Positions 15,963-24,649 of a DNA stretch of 64,000 nucleotides are shown here, in pieces. The translations under genes and the position numbers were made by a program. Where the stretch lies: contig OZ242037.1 in the NCBI GenBank assembly GCA_965205165.1, forward strand, positions 339,294-403,293. The letters run 5' to 3'. Every line of letters begins with the position of its first letter. Position 1 is the stretch's first letter. Source of the DNA: Dehalococcoidia bacterium. GTDB lineage: Bacteria; Chloroflexota; Dehalococcoidia; Bin125. The notes below the pieces were generated by a model, which saw only the letters and a program-made list of their open reading frames with translations, was not told the DNA's origin and ran no database searches.

Positions 15963-16754
15963 TCAGCGGCCTTTCCAGTTGGGGGGGCGCTTTTCGGCGA
16001 AGGCTCGGGGGCCTTCGATGAGGTCTTCGGAGGCGCCCATCAGGCGTTGCTGGTGGAAGGGGTGGACGAGGGCGGCGGGGAGGGGGAGGTCGAGGCCCTT
16101 GTAGGCGGATTCCTTGGTGGCTCGGACGCTGATGGGGGCGCAGAGCATGATCTCTTCGGCCCACTTGCGGGCGGTGGGGAGGAGGTCTTCCTTGGGGACG
16201 ACTTCGTTGACGAGGCCCCAGCGGTGGGCTTCGGCGGCGGGGATGTGGCGGCCGGTGAGCATGTAGCCGAGGGCGATTTTGAGGGGGATGTGGCGGGGCA
16301 GGCGGTGGACGCCGCCAGCGCCGGCCATGAGGCCGCGCTTGGGTTCGGGCAGGCCGAGTTCGGCGTGTTCGGCGGCGATGATGATGTCGCAGGCCATGGC
16401 CATTTCGCAGCCGCCGCCGAGGGCGAAGCCGTTGACGGCGGCGATCATCGGCTTGGGGCAGTCGAAGTCGGCGGTGATGCCGCCGAAGCCGCCGCGGACG
16501 GGGGCGAACTTGGGGGGGCTGGCCTCGCGCGACATTTCGGCGGTGAACTTGAGGTCGTTGCCGGCGGAGAAGGCGCGCTCGCCGGCGCCGGTGAGGATGG
16601 CGACCCAGGCGTCGTCGTCCGCGGAGAAGGTGCTCCAGGCATCGGCGAGTTCGGCGGTGGTGGGCGGATGGATCGAGTTCATCCGCTCGGGGCGGTTGAT
16701 GGTGATGGTGACGATCCGCCCGTCCTGCTCGTAGTTGATGAATTCGTAGTCCAT
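15963..16754 (-). CDS. enoyl-CoA hydratase/isomerase (crotonase) family protein
   Basis: ATG at 16754 is preceded by AAGGAG. Contains MDYEFINYEQDGRIVTITINRPERMNS, GAGERAFSAGNDLK, AAVNGFALGGGCEMAMACDIIIA and a FAEKRPPNWKG tail. Confidence 0.9.
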   Translation of the reverse strand: MDYEFINYEQDGRIVTITINRPERMNSIHPPTTAELADAWSTFSADDDAWVAILTGAGERAFSAGNDLKFTAEMSREASPPKFAPVRGGFGGITADFDCPKPMIAAVNGFALGGGCEMAMACDIIIAAEHAELGLPEPKRGLMAGAGGVHRLPRHIPLKIALGYMLTGRHIPAAEAHRWGLVNEVVPKEDLLPTARKWAEEIMLCAPISVRATKESAYKGLDLPLPAALVHPFHQQRLMGASEDLIEGPRAFAEKRPPNWKGR

Positions 16755-16827
16755 GATCGCTCCTTGGCCGTGGGTGCCGAGCGCCGCGCGGGGCGCTCGG
16801 CGCATTCTAGCGATGGCCTGCGGCGGC

Positions 16828-17649
16828 CTAGTGCTGGACGCAGGTGCCGCCGTCGACGTTCCAGGATTGGCCGGTGATCCACTCGCCCTCGTCGGCGCAG
16901 AGGAAGGCGGTGATGTAGGCGATGTCTTCGCCTTGGCCGGCGCGGCCGATGGGGATGCGGTTGCGGATCATGCCCTGCCAGGTGTCGCCGCGGCCGAGGT
17001 CGTCCATGCGGGCGGTGTCGATGATGCCGGGGCAGACGGCGTTGACGCGGACGCGGTGGCGTCCGACTTCCTGGGCCATGGAGGCGGTGAGCGCTTGCAG
17101 GCCGGCTTTGGAGGCGGCGTAGGCGGCGGTGTTGGGGCCGAGCATTTTGCCGGCGATGGAGGAGATGTTGACGATCGCGCCGCCCTGGCCCTGCTCGACG
17201 ATGCGGCGGCCGAAAACTTGGGACATGTAGAAGGCGCCGGTGAGGTTGACGTCGATCACGGTGCGCCAGAGCTGCGGGTCGAGCTCGACGACGGGGACGC
17301 GGTCGGCTCCGCGGGCGGCGCCGGCGTTGTTGATCAGGAAGTCGACGCGGCCGAATTCGGCGATGGTCTGGTCGAGCAGGGCTTGGACGGCGTCGTAGTC
17401 GGCGACGTCGCTGACTGCCGTGAGGGCGCGGCGGCCTTGGGCGCGGACTTCGTCGGCGACGGATTCGATGTCGCGCCAGCCGGCGGCCTTCTCGTCGTCG
17501 GGGTAGTTTTCGGGGGCGCGGCCGGTGCCGGTGAGGACGATGTCGCAGCCGTGCTTGGCGAGTTCGACGGCGATGGGGCGTCCGATCGAGCGCATTCTGC
17601 CCGCGCCGGTGACGACGGCGACCTTGTCTTGGAGTCCGGTGAGCTGCAT
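16828..17649 (-). CDS. SDR-family oxidoreductase (FabG-like)
   Basis: ATG at 17649 is preceded by GGAGGAGG. Contains VAVVTGAGR.RSIG, NNAG, the YAASKAG catalytic motif and PGIIDT. The track ORF 16828..18267 over-extends. Confidence 0.9.
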   Translation of the reverse strand: MQLTGLQDKVAVVTGAGRMRSIGRPIAVELAKHGCDIVLTGTGRAPENYPDDEKAAGWRDIESVADEVRAQGRRALTAVSDVADYDAVQALLDQTIAEFGRVDFLINNAGAARGADRVPVVELDPQLWRTVIDVNLTGAFYMSQVFGRRIVEQGQGGAIVNISSIAGKMLGPNTAAYAASKAGLQALTASMAQEVGRHRVRVNAVCPGIIDTARMDDLGRGDTWQGMIRNRIPIGRAGQGEDIAYITAFLCADEGEWITGQSWNVDGGTCVQH

Positions 17650-17702
17650 GGGGCCTCCTCCGCGTATCCGAGGCGTGTTCGGGGCGGCGAGGCTAGCAGC
17701 GG

Positions 17703-18095
17703 CTACTCGTCTTCTTCTTCCTCTGCGGCGTCGATTTCGGCGGGGGCTTCGTCGTCGCGGTAGAAGTCTTCGGATTCGGCGAGTGTTTTGATGCCGTCGA
17801 CGATGGTTTCGAGGTGGCGCTGGTCGGAGGCTCGGCGCATGCGGGAGATGAGGGAGCCGACCATGCCCTTGACTTCGAGCGAGGCGAGCAGGCGGGAGCG
17901 CGCGCCGAGCGGCTGGATTTGGAAGTCGTAGACGGCGCCGGTGAGGAAGGTGGACCAGCCGACGGAGTAGCGGCGGCCTTCGTCGTCGTGGAGGACTTTG
18001 AACGCGCCGTTCTCGACGGCGTCGGAGAGCTTGATCGCAACGGCGTCGTAGACGTCGATGGCCTGCGCGGAGATCTCGGCGGTGACCTGGGTCAT
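17703..18095 (-). CDS. hypothetical 130-aa protein with strongly acidic C-terminal tail
   Basis: ATG at 18095 overlaps the stop of the upstream GIY-YIG gene (ATGA). Sequence: MTQVTAEISAQAIDVYDAV...DFYRDDEAPAEIDAAEEEEDE. No family recognised. Confidence 0.6.
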   Translation of the reverse strand: MTQVTAEISAQAIDVYDAVAIKLSDAVENGAFKVLHDDEGRRYSVGWSTFLTGAVYDFQIQPLGARSRLLASLEVKGMVGSLISRMRRASDQRHLETIVDGIKTLAESEDFYRDDEAPAEIDAAEEEEDE

Positions 18096-19012
18096 TCGAG
18101 GGCGTTGAGCCAGTCTTTGAGCGTGGTGCCGTCCGAGGCGATCCAGTCCGACCGCGTGGTGGGCGCGGAGCCGGAAAAGACAGTCCCCGCTTCTGACTGG
18201 CTGCCCGCGATCCAATCCTCCACAAGCCGAAGGGCATCGCCGTCTTCAACGAGCCGGCCACTCTCAATCAGAGCGCTTCGCGACGAGGCGTAGTACTCCT
18301 CAGCAAACCGCGTCCGTGGATTGCGGCGGGCTCGCGAATCTTTGAGCACGCGGAAACCGCCCGAGCTCTCGTAGACGGCACGGGCATGCGCGTCGCCTTT
18401 CCGGTATTCAAACACCGGAGACGGGCGGCCAGCCTTGTCGACGGCAGTCGATTTCGGAGGGCTGCCACCTGTCGCCGGGCCATCTCCGGAGGACGGCGTG
18501 TCAACGCTTGGCTTCGCCTGTAGGAACTCAAAGAAACCGAGCATCTCGAACGCGAGGAGCGCATCCTCCAGAAAGTCATCCGCGCCTGCGGCACCCGCTG
18601 GCGGAAGCTGGTGCTTGGTGGGATCAGATTGTTGAATCCGGCAACGGCTGGACTGTTCAGCGATTTCGACCAGCGACGCCTCAAGCCACCCCGCCTGCCC
18701 GGCATGGAGACTTCCGTCTGAAGAAGTGAAGATGACGGCCTCGGTCCACCAGTCGATCTTGCGGCGGTGCTCTCCCAGCCGGTTGGCGAGATCCTCGCTT
18801 TTCCCAATGTAGATGCGCGTCGACGGCCCGCTGGCCGCAGGCTCGACCCCGCGCAGCACGTAGACGCCGGGGTGCGGAAGATCGGGAAGCGCGTCACGCG
18901 CATCGAGGGATTCCCGCAGCAGTGCGACCGCTTGGGTCTTGCGGTTGATGCGCCCGGCCAAGCGGACATGATGCGGAAGAAGGCTGGACTCAAAATGGAT
19001 GTCGTTAGGCAT
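18092..19012 (-). CDS. GIY-YIG nuclease domain + C-terminal DUF4357-like domain protein (paralog 1)
   Basis: 306 aa from ATG 19012. GIY-YIG-like GVYVLRG...IYIGKSEDLANRLGEH. The C-terminal GGFRVLKDSRA...EDWIAGSQSEAGTVFSGSAPTTRSDW aligns by eye with the DUF4357 core (D..F.S.S.AA....G.......W). Codon usage is visibly less GC3-rich than in neighbouring genes. Confidence 0.75.
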   Translation of the reverse strand: MPNDIHFESSLLPHHVRLAGRINRKTQAVALLRESLDARDALPDLPHPGVYVLRGVEPAASGPSTRIYIGKSEDLANRLGEHRRKIDWWTEAVIFTSSDGSLHAGQAGWLEASLVEIAEQSSRCRIQQSDPTKHQLPPAGAAGADDFLEDALLAFEMLGFFEFLQAKPSVDTPSSGDGPATGGSPPKSTAVDKAGRPSPVFEYRKGDAHARAVYESSGGFRVLKDSRARRNPRTRFAEEYYASSRSALIESGRLVEDGDALRLVEDWIAGSQSEAGTVFSGSAPTTRSDWIASDGTTLKDWLNALE

Positions 19013-19594
19013 TGGCGGAAGGTAGCCGCCAGAAGGCGTTTGGTCAATGCGCCCAATCGCGACGTTTTCCGGTGGGAAGCACTGCATCCCTCCGCTGCGC
19101 CTGACAGTCGGGACCGGAGACCATGCTCGAATCAGCGGCGGAGGCGCTGTGGACAATGCACGGGTGTGCGTCAAGGACGCCCTTTCGCACTCGATTCGGT
19201 CGCCCTGCGCGAAGCATCAGGGGTCGTCAAAAGCGCGGCCGTCCGTTCGCCCCTCCGGGTCCGATTGCTGAGCTTGGAGCAGACGGCGAAGAGCGTCGTG
19301 CAGCAGGTCTGCCACGATCAGCACAACCCCGCAGATGGTAGCGGAGCCGGCGAGGATCGCGGACACGATCGTGTCCACCGGGCGTTCCAGGCATGCCCGC
19401 CTGGAACGTCGATCTGGTGCCAGTTCGTCAAGGTCGCGGCGATGAGGACCAGCGACGCGAGCGCAAAGGCGACTGCGATGGTGAGCATCTCAAGCCCTCT
19501 CAGTCCGTGTGCCGGGAATGCGGCTTCGGGGCTCTTCAAGATAGCGGGTTCGCGCATTGCGGAACGAGAGGAGGCGATGGCGTGCGCACGGCGG

Positions 19595-20521
19595 TCACCC
19601 GCTGTCGAGGATCGCGCCCAAGGTGCGCCCATCCGACTTCCACGCGGTTAGCCCGCTGGACGAGTTCCCTAGAATGACGCCAGCCGCTTCGGTTGGCGAA
19701 CGGAATTCATGATCTTCCGTGAACACGAAACATTCTCCGCTCTCGCTCTTCTGCAGAATGCCGTCATCAATGATCTGTTGGCGCGTGTTCCGGTAGCCCT
19801 CGAACTCCTTGCGCTTCATCCACGAAGGCGCGGGCTCGAGCACCGCTTGCGATCCCTCCTTCACGACCCAGGATCCGTCTTCCACACGCATGGCAGCCTG
19901 AACAGACTTCCCAGACAACTCGACATCCTGTACATCTAGGCTCTTGAGGCCGCTTTCGTTTGATGAGCGGCGCCCAAGCTCTGTCCTTTCGAATTCCCTG
20001 ACCCCCAGAGCACGTAGGCAAATCAGCGCATTCTCAATGTAGGTCTCGGCCGAGGCCACATCGGCTTGCGAGAGCCGTGAGCTTGAAGGATCGTAAGATT
20101 CCGGACGCTCATTTTCGAGCACGCAACTGCGTGCTTCATAGGCCAGTTGGACCAATTTCCTCTCCAGGTACTGGACATGCCCCTTGTTCAGGTTCGCGTC
20201 TTTGCTGGTGCAGCAGAACGCCTCGGTCCAAAACCGCTTGTCGGCGGAGGGCCGCGAGTGGGCCTTGACGCGGTTCCCAACTTCGTCGCTCTCGCCGATG
20301 TAGAGCTTGATCAAATCCTCACTGTCGTCGTCCAGCCCTCGCAGGACATACACTCCCGGTCCTTCCAGAGCGCTCAACCCTAGGCCCAAGGCCTCCTCAA
20401 GATCGCCTCGACGGAGCGCGATCACGCAGCCGCTCCAGTTGTCCTTCTCAACCACGCGAATGCCGATCGGATCACCGGAGGGCACGAATGTGTGGAGGGA
20501 GAAGGCGCTGCCGTGGTGCAT
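19595..20521 (-). CDS. GIY-YIG nuclease domain + C-terminal DUF4357 domain protein (paralog 2)
   Basis: 308 aa from ATG 20521. Contains GVYVLRG...LYIGESDEVGNRVKAH and a C-terminal GSWVVKEGSQA...EDHEFRSPTEAAGVILGNSSSGLTAWK. Only this last part of the 686-aa track ORF looks genuine. Confidence 0.75.
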   Translation of the reverse strand: MHHGSAFSLHTFVPSGDPIGIRVVEKDNWSGCVIALRRGDLEEALGLGLSALEGPGVYVLRGLDDDSEDLIKLYIGESDEVGNRVKAHSRPSADKRFWTEAFCCTSKDANLNKGHVQYLERKLVQLAYEARSCVLENERPESYDPSSSRLSQADVASAETYIENALICLRALGVREFERTELGRRSSNESGLKSLDVQDVELSGKSVQAAMRVEDGSWVVKEGSQAVLEPAPSWMKRKEFEGYRNTRQQIIDDGILQKSESGECFVFTEDHEFRSPTEAAGVILGNSSSGLTAWKSDGRTLGAILDSG

Positions 20522-20560
20522 TGCCGGAAGGTAGCACGGACGGCGTGCGATGATGGGGGG

Positions 20561-21592
20561 ATGGAGAGCGTGCCTGAGTTGACGGGGGAGGAGCGGGTCG
20601 CGTACCAGGCGGGGCTGGAGGTGCGGGCGTTGGTGGAGGGGCGGGGTGAGGGGTGGGTTTTGAGGTGTGCGGAGGTGGCGTTGACGGCGGGGCATGGGTT
20701 TGTGCGGGGGGAGGCGCGGATTGGGTTGCAGGTTGCGCCGGCGGGGGAGGCTGTTTCGGCGCTGTTGCCGGCGTTGTTGTCGGAGAATCGGCGGATGCGG
20801 AGGCGGGCGATGACGTTGTTGCCGCGGTTGGAGCCCGAGGCTGTGGTTGCGGGGTTGGCGGGGGTGCTGCCGGGGGCTTCGGTGGGGGCGCGGCGGGCGG
20901 CTTGCGTGGCGTTGGCGGCGGTGGGGAGAGCGGGGTTGCCGTTGTTGGAGGAGTTGGCGGGGGATTCTGATGAGGCGGTGCGGCGGCGGGCGGGGCGGGC
21001 GGTCGAGGCGGTGCTGGCGAGGGGGGATTCGGGGGAGCCGGGGGCTGATGGTGATCGGTCGCGGTCTTCGGTGCGGCCGTTCGGGTTGTTGCCGCCGGAG
21101 GGGGGGATGCGGGAGCGGGAGCGGTCGTTCGCGGTGGCGGCGTTCAATTTTTCGTACGGGGTGAATTTGGGGACGTTGATCCGGTCGGCGGAGGCGGCGG
21201 GTGCGGAGGCGGTATGGATCGTTGGGCGGGATTTCTACTATCGGCCTTCGACGAAGGGGGCGGACTGGTGGATTCCGGTGGAGGTGGTGGCGACGCCGGC
21301 GGAGTGCTTGGAGCGGGCGCGGGCGGAGGGGTTCGGCGTGGTGGCATTGCAGCAGGGGGAGCGGACGGCGGATGCTTGGAGCGCGGAGTGGCCGGAGCGG
21401 CCGTTGATCGTGGTCGGGAACGAGGGGGACGGGCTGCCGGCGGAGTTCGCGGCGGCGGCGGAGTTGCGGATCGAGCTGCCGGTTTGGGGGGAGATCGATA
21501 GTTTGAACGCATCGGTGGCGGCATCGGTGGCGATGTACGCATTCCGGGCATGGCAGGCGCGGACTGGCCGGGCAGGGCAGGCGCAGGTGTAA
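20561..21592 (+). CDS. HEAT-repeat N-terminal domain fused to SpoU/TrmH-type RNA 2'-O-methyltransferase domain
   Basis: ATG at 20561. The N-terminal half is Ala/Leu/Arg-rich with HEAT-like repeats (LLSENRRMRRRAMTLL, DSDEAVRRRAGRAV). The C-terminal half carries NLGTLIRSAEAAGAEAVWIVG, IVVGNEGDGLP and IELPVWGEIDSLNASVAASVAMY (SPOUT motifs). Confidence 0.7.
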   Translation: MESVPELTGEERVAYQAGLEVRALVEGRGEGWVLRCAEVALTAGHGFVRGEARIGLQVAPAGEAVSALLPALLSENRRMRRRAMTLLPRLEPEAVVAGLAGVLPGASVGARRAACVALAAVGRAGLPLLEELAGDSDEAVRRRAGRAVEAVLARGDSGEPGADGDRSRSSVRPFGLLPPEGGMRERERSFAVAAFNFSYGVNLGTLIRSAEAAGAEAVWIVGRDFYYRPSTKGADWWIPVEVVATPAECLERARAEGFGVVALQQGERTADAWSAEWPERPLIVVGNEGDGLPAEFAAAAELRIELPVWGEIDSLNASVAASVAMYAFRAWQARTGRAGQAQV

Positions 21593-21705
21593 GAGATCGG
21601 TATGCGGTTTGATCGCGTTGGGGGAATTCGGGGCGCGGCGGGGGCGTGGGGGCATAGGCTTTCGGTTGCGCGGTGATGGAGGCCGCGCGCGGAGGAGGTT
21701 TCACG

Positions 21706-22860
21706 ATGAAGACGTTCTGGGTTTCGCTGGCGGCGTCGGCTGTGGTGTCGGCGGTGACGGCGGTGGCGGTGTTGCTGGCTGTTGGCGGGGGCGGTGATTC
21801 GCCGTCGGTGCCGGCGGCGACGGCGTCGGCGGCCGAGGTGGTGGAGCTGGCGGGGGCGCGCGAGGGCGGCGGGGGCGCGGACGGCGCCGCGGCGGCCGGG
21901 TCTGCGCCGACGGGCGATGCGGGCGGGGATGCCGCGGCGGCGGCTGAAGCGGCGCCGTTTTCGGCGGCGGCGGTGTTCGACGCGGTCGCGCCTTCGGTGG
22001 TCGCGATCGGGACGGATTTCGGGGCGGGGTCGGGGTTCTTCGTCGATGACGAGGGATACATCGTGACGAATCTGCACGTGGTGGAGAACAGCGGGCGGAT
22101 CGTGATTTGGACGAATGCGGGGGAGCGGGCGGTGGCGTCGCTGGAGGGATCTGATTGGGGGAACGATCTGGCGGTGCTGAAGGTGGATCCGGAGGGGCTG
22201 ACGTTCGAGCCGGCGGCGCTGGGTGACGGCACGGCGCTGGACGAGGGGCAGGAGGTGGCGGCGATCGGGGCGCCGAGCGGGCGGACGCTGTCGCTGAGCA
22301 CGGGGGTGGTTTCGGGGCTGGACCGGCAATGGACGCGGGAGGGGCGGATGTCGCAGCAGTTGATCCAGTCGGACGCGGCGATCAATCCGGGCAGTTCGGG
22401 CGGGGTGCTGGCGAACGGGGCGGGCGAGGTGATCGGGGTGACGTCGCTGATCAACAGCCCGGTGGGGGGGTTCACGGGGATCGGGTACTCGGTGTCGGTG
22501 GAGACGCTGAAGCGGGTGCTGGAGCGGATGATCGCCGGCGAGGAGATTTCGCATCCTCGGCTGGGCGTGACGCTGACCTCGGAGGACGGCGAGCTGCGGG
22601 TGGCGTCGGTGACGGAGGGCGATGCGGCGGAGGCGGCGGGGGTCGAGGCGGACGACGTGATCGTGTCGCTGGGCGGCGAGGCGGCGGCCGATTTCATGGG
22701 ACTGGTGGCGGCGCTGGAGTCGCTGCGGAGCGGGGATGAGGCGACGATCGTGGTGGAGCGCGACGGAGAGCGGCTCTCGCTGGAGATCGAGCTGCGCGCG
22801 TGGGAACGCGAGCGGGAGCAGGAGCGGAGGACGGTGCCGCGGTTCTTCACCTTCCCCTAA
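21706..22860 (+). CDS. HtrA/DegP-family trypsin-like serine protease with PDZ domain
   Basis: ATG at 21706 lies 7 nt after GGAGGAGG. It has an N-terminal TM/signal helix, the triad contexts VTNLHVV, NDLAVLK and GSSGGVL, and a C-terminal PDZ-like GDVIVSLGGE. Confidence 0.9.
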   Translation: MKTFWVSLAASAVVSAVTAVAVLLAVGGGGDSPSVPAATASAAEVVELAGAREGGGGADGAAAAGSAPTGDAGGDAAAAAEAAPFSAAAVFDAVAPSVVAIGTDFGAGSGFFVDDEGYIVTNLHVVENSGRIVIWTNAGERAVASLEGSDWGNDLAVLKVDPEGLTFEPAALGDGTALDEGQEVAAIGAPSGRTLSLSTGVVSGLDRQWTREGRMSQQLIQSDAAINPGSSGGVLANGAGEVIGVTSLINSPVGGFTGIGYSVSVETLKRVLERMIAGEEISHPRLGVTLTSEDGELRVASVTEGDAAEAAGVEADDVIVSLGGEAAADFMGLVAALESLRSGDEATIVVERDGERLSLEIELRAWEREREQERRTVPRFFTFP

Positions 22861-22875
22861 GGGGGAAGGCGCGGG

Positions 22876-23586
22876 CTAGCGGTAGGTGTCGGCGAACTTG
22901 GAGGGGTCGCGCATCACCTCCATGAGGCCTTCGCGGGTGAAGCCGTCGGACTTGGCGTAGTTGATGATGACGCGCTCGCGGTCTTCGACGGCTTGCGCGG
23001 CGGCGGCGACATCGGGGGCGATGTCGCGCGGGATGTCGGTGACGCCGTGCTTGTCGGCGTGGAGCAGGTCGCCGGGGCTGACGGTGAGTCCGCCGACGGT
23101 GACGGGCTGGCCGATTTCGACGATGTGGACGTAGGCGTGGGAGACGAGGATCTCCTTGGAGAAGAACTGGAAGCCGAGTTCCTCGACTTCGTCGAGGTCG
23201 CGGACGCCGCCGTCGGTGATCAGGCCGATTGCGCCGAGGGCGTTGTGGATGTTGCCGTTGACCTCGCCCCAGAAGGAGCCGATGGGGGGCTGGTCGAGGT
23301 CTTGGATGACGATGATGCGGGGTTCGGGGATGGACTGGATGTGGGCCCACCAATCGGGCGCGGCCTTGGTTTCGGGGTCGTCGGCGGGGGGGACGGAGGC
23401 GCGGATCTTGCAGGTGGCGGCGTAGCCGACGATGGGGTCCATGGCGGGGAAGCGGCAGAGGATGTCGGGGGTCATGAAGCCGATGGCGCGGCTGCGGACA
23501 TCGAAGGTTTCGATGGCGTTGGCGATGGCGGGGGAGGGCCAAGCGCGGAGTTCGTCGAGCTGCTGTGCGGTGAGGGAGGCGGGCAT
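22876..23586 (-). CDS. RraA-family protein (RraA / 4-hydroxy-4-methyl-2-oxoglutarate aldolase-like)
   Basis: 236 aa with a core typical of the RraA/HMG-aldolase fold family: SFWGEVNGNIHNALGAIGLITDGGVRDLDEV...GDLLHADKHGV. Confidence 0.75.
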   Translation of the reverse strand: MPASLTAQQLDELRAWPSPAIANAIETFDVRSRAIGFMTPDILCRFPAMDPIVGYAATCKIRASVPPADDPETKAAPDWWAHIQSIPEPRIIVIQDLDQPPIGSFWGEVNGNIHNALGAIGLITDGGVRDLDEVEELGFQFFSKEILVSHAYVHIVEIGQPVTVGGLTVSPGDLLHADKHGVTDIPRDIAPDVAAAAQAVEDRERVIINYAKSDGFTREGLMEVMRDPSKFADTYR

Positions 23587-23613
23587 GTGCGGTTCCTTTC
23601 GGTGCTGCGCGGG

Positions 23614-24354
23614 CTAGGGGAGGAGCGGGTATTCCTTCTTGAGGGCGTCGATGTCGAGGATGGTAAGGCGCTGGCGGCTGATTTCGATGATGCCGTCGCG
23701 GCGCCAGACTTGGAGCTGCTTGTTGACGGCGACGCGGCTCGCGCCGATCATGTCGGCGAGGTCCTGCTGGCTGACGCGGATGCCGAGTTCGCGGCCGGCG
23801 TCGGCGTCTCGGCCGTGCTCTTCGGCGATGAGCAGGATGCGGCGGGCGAGGCGTCCGGGGACTTCGAGCAGGTAGGCGTCCTGGATCGATTCGTTGGTTT
23901 TGCGGAGGCGTTCGACGAGGACGTCGATGACGGCGCGCTGTGCTTCGGGGTAGTGGTCGAGGACGCGCTCGAAGTCGGCGCGTTCGAGGCGGAGGAGTTC
24001 GGAGTCCTGGATGGCGCGGGCGGAGGCGGAGCGGGCGCTGCCGTTGGGGCGTCCGGGGATGTCTCGTTCGAGCAGGGCCATTTCGCCGAACATGTCGCCT
24101 TCGCGGAGGACGGCGAGGACGACGTCGCGTTCGGAGGGGAGGTAGATGCGGACGGCGCCGGAGGTGATGATGAACATGGCGTTGCCGGGGTCGCCGCGGT
24201 GGAAGACGTCGCTGCCGGAGCGGTACCTGCGGGGCTTGAGGTGCTCGGCGAGGTCGTGGAGCATGGCGGGCTTGGCGCCCTGGAAGAAGGGGACCTGCTG
24301 GAGGCGCTCTTCGGCGGAGACGGGGCGTTCGACGGCGCGGTTGGATTTGGTCAT
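23614..24354 (-). CDS. Crp/Fnr-family transcriptional regulator
   Basis: 246 aa with a cNMP-binding domain (FGEMALL...RSASARA) and a C-terminal HTH (SQQDLADMIGASRVAVNKQLQVW). Confidence 0.9.
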   Translation of the reverse strand: MTKSNRAVERPVSAEERLQQVPFFQGAKPAMLHDLAEHLKPRRYRSGSDVFHRGDPGNAMFIITSGAVRIYLPSERDVVLAVLREGDMFGEMALLERDIPGRPNGSARSASARAIQDSELLRLERADFERVLDHYPEAQRAVIDVLVERLRKTNESIQDAYLLEVPGRLARRILLIAEEHGRDADAGRELGIRVSQQDLADMIGASRVAVNKQLQVWRRDGIIEISRQRLTILDIDALKKEYPLLP

Positions 24355-24358
24355 CGAG

Positions 24359-24559
24359 TCAGCGCCCCGCTCCGATCGCCCGTAGGATGTCGGCGCAGTC
24401 TAGGCGGTGATCGCCGAGCGGTCGCGTTCGGGGCTGCGGGAGCGCCGGGCGTGGCGCCGGCTCGGGCTCAATTTCGAGTTCGCGGGTGATGAATTGGCGG
24501 ACGAAGTACGCGGCGAAGCAGGTGCTGACGGCGGCGAGGACGGCGATGAAGATCAGCAT
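24359..24559 (-). CDS. small (66 aa) membrane protein upstream of the Crp/Fnr gene
   Basis: ATG at 24559 is preceded by AAGGAG. It has an N-terminal TM helix (MLIFIAVLAAVSTCFAAYFV). The stop lies 4 nt before the Crp/Fnr start codon. It is the only plausible part of the 613-aa track ORF 24359..26200. Confidence 0.5.
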   Translation of the reverse strand: MLIFIAVLAAVSTCFAAYFVRQFITRELEIEPEPAPRPALPQPRTRPLGDHRLDCADILRAIGAGR

Positions 24560-24649
24560 GGGGCGCTCCTTGGGGAAGTTGCGGACATTCGTTCTTCTAG
24601 TCAATATAGAACTGGAGTGCGCATATGGCAACTCGGCGGGCGCGACCAG

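Noticed and set aside
19318-19488. 56-aa ORF with one hydrophobic helix (MLTIAVAFALASLVLIAATL...) in the spacer between the two GIY-YIG genes
   Set aside because: It is short, with only a weak possible ribosome-binding site. The second half is Pro/Ser/Arg-rich and looks non-coding. There is not enough evidence to annotate it, though it is worth a look in expression data.
24595-24611. The TTCTA-N7-TAGAA palindrome as a Crp/Fnr binding site
   Set aside because: It does not resemble the TGTGA-N6-TCACA or TTGAT-N4-ATCAA consensus. The arms are only 5 bp, so it is kept only as a weak operator candidate in the findings.
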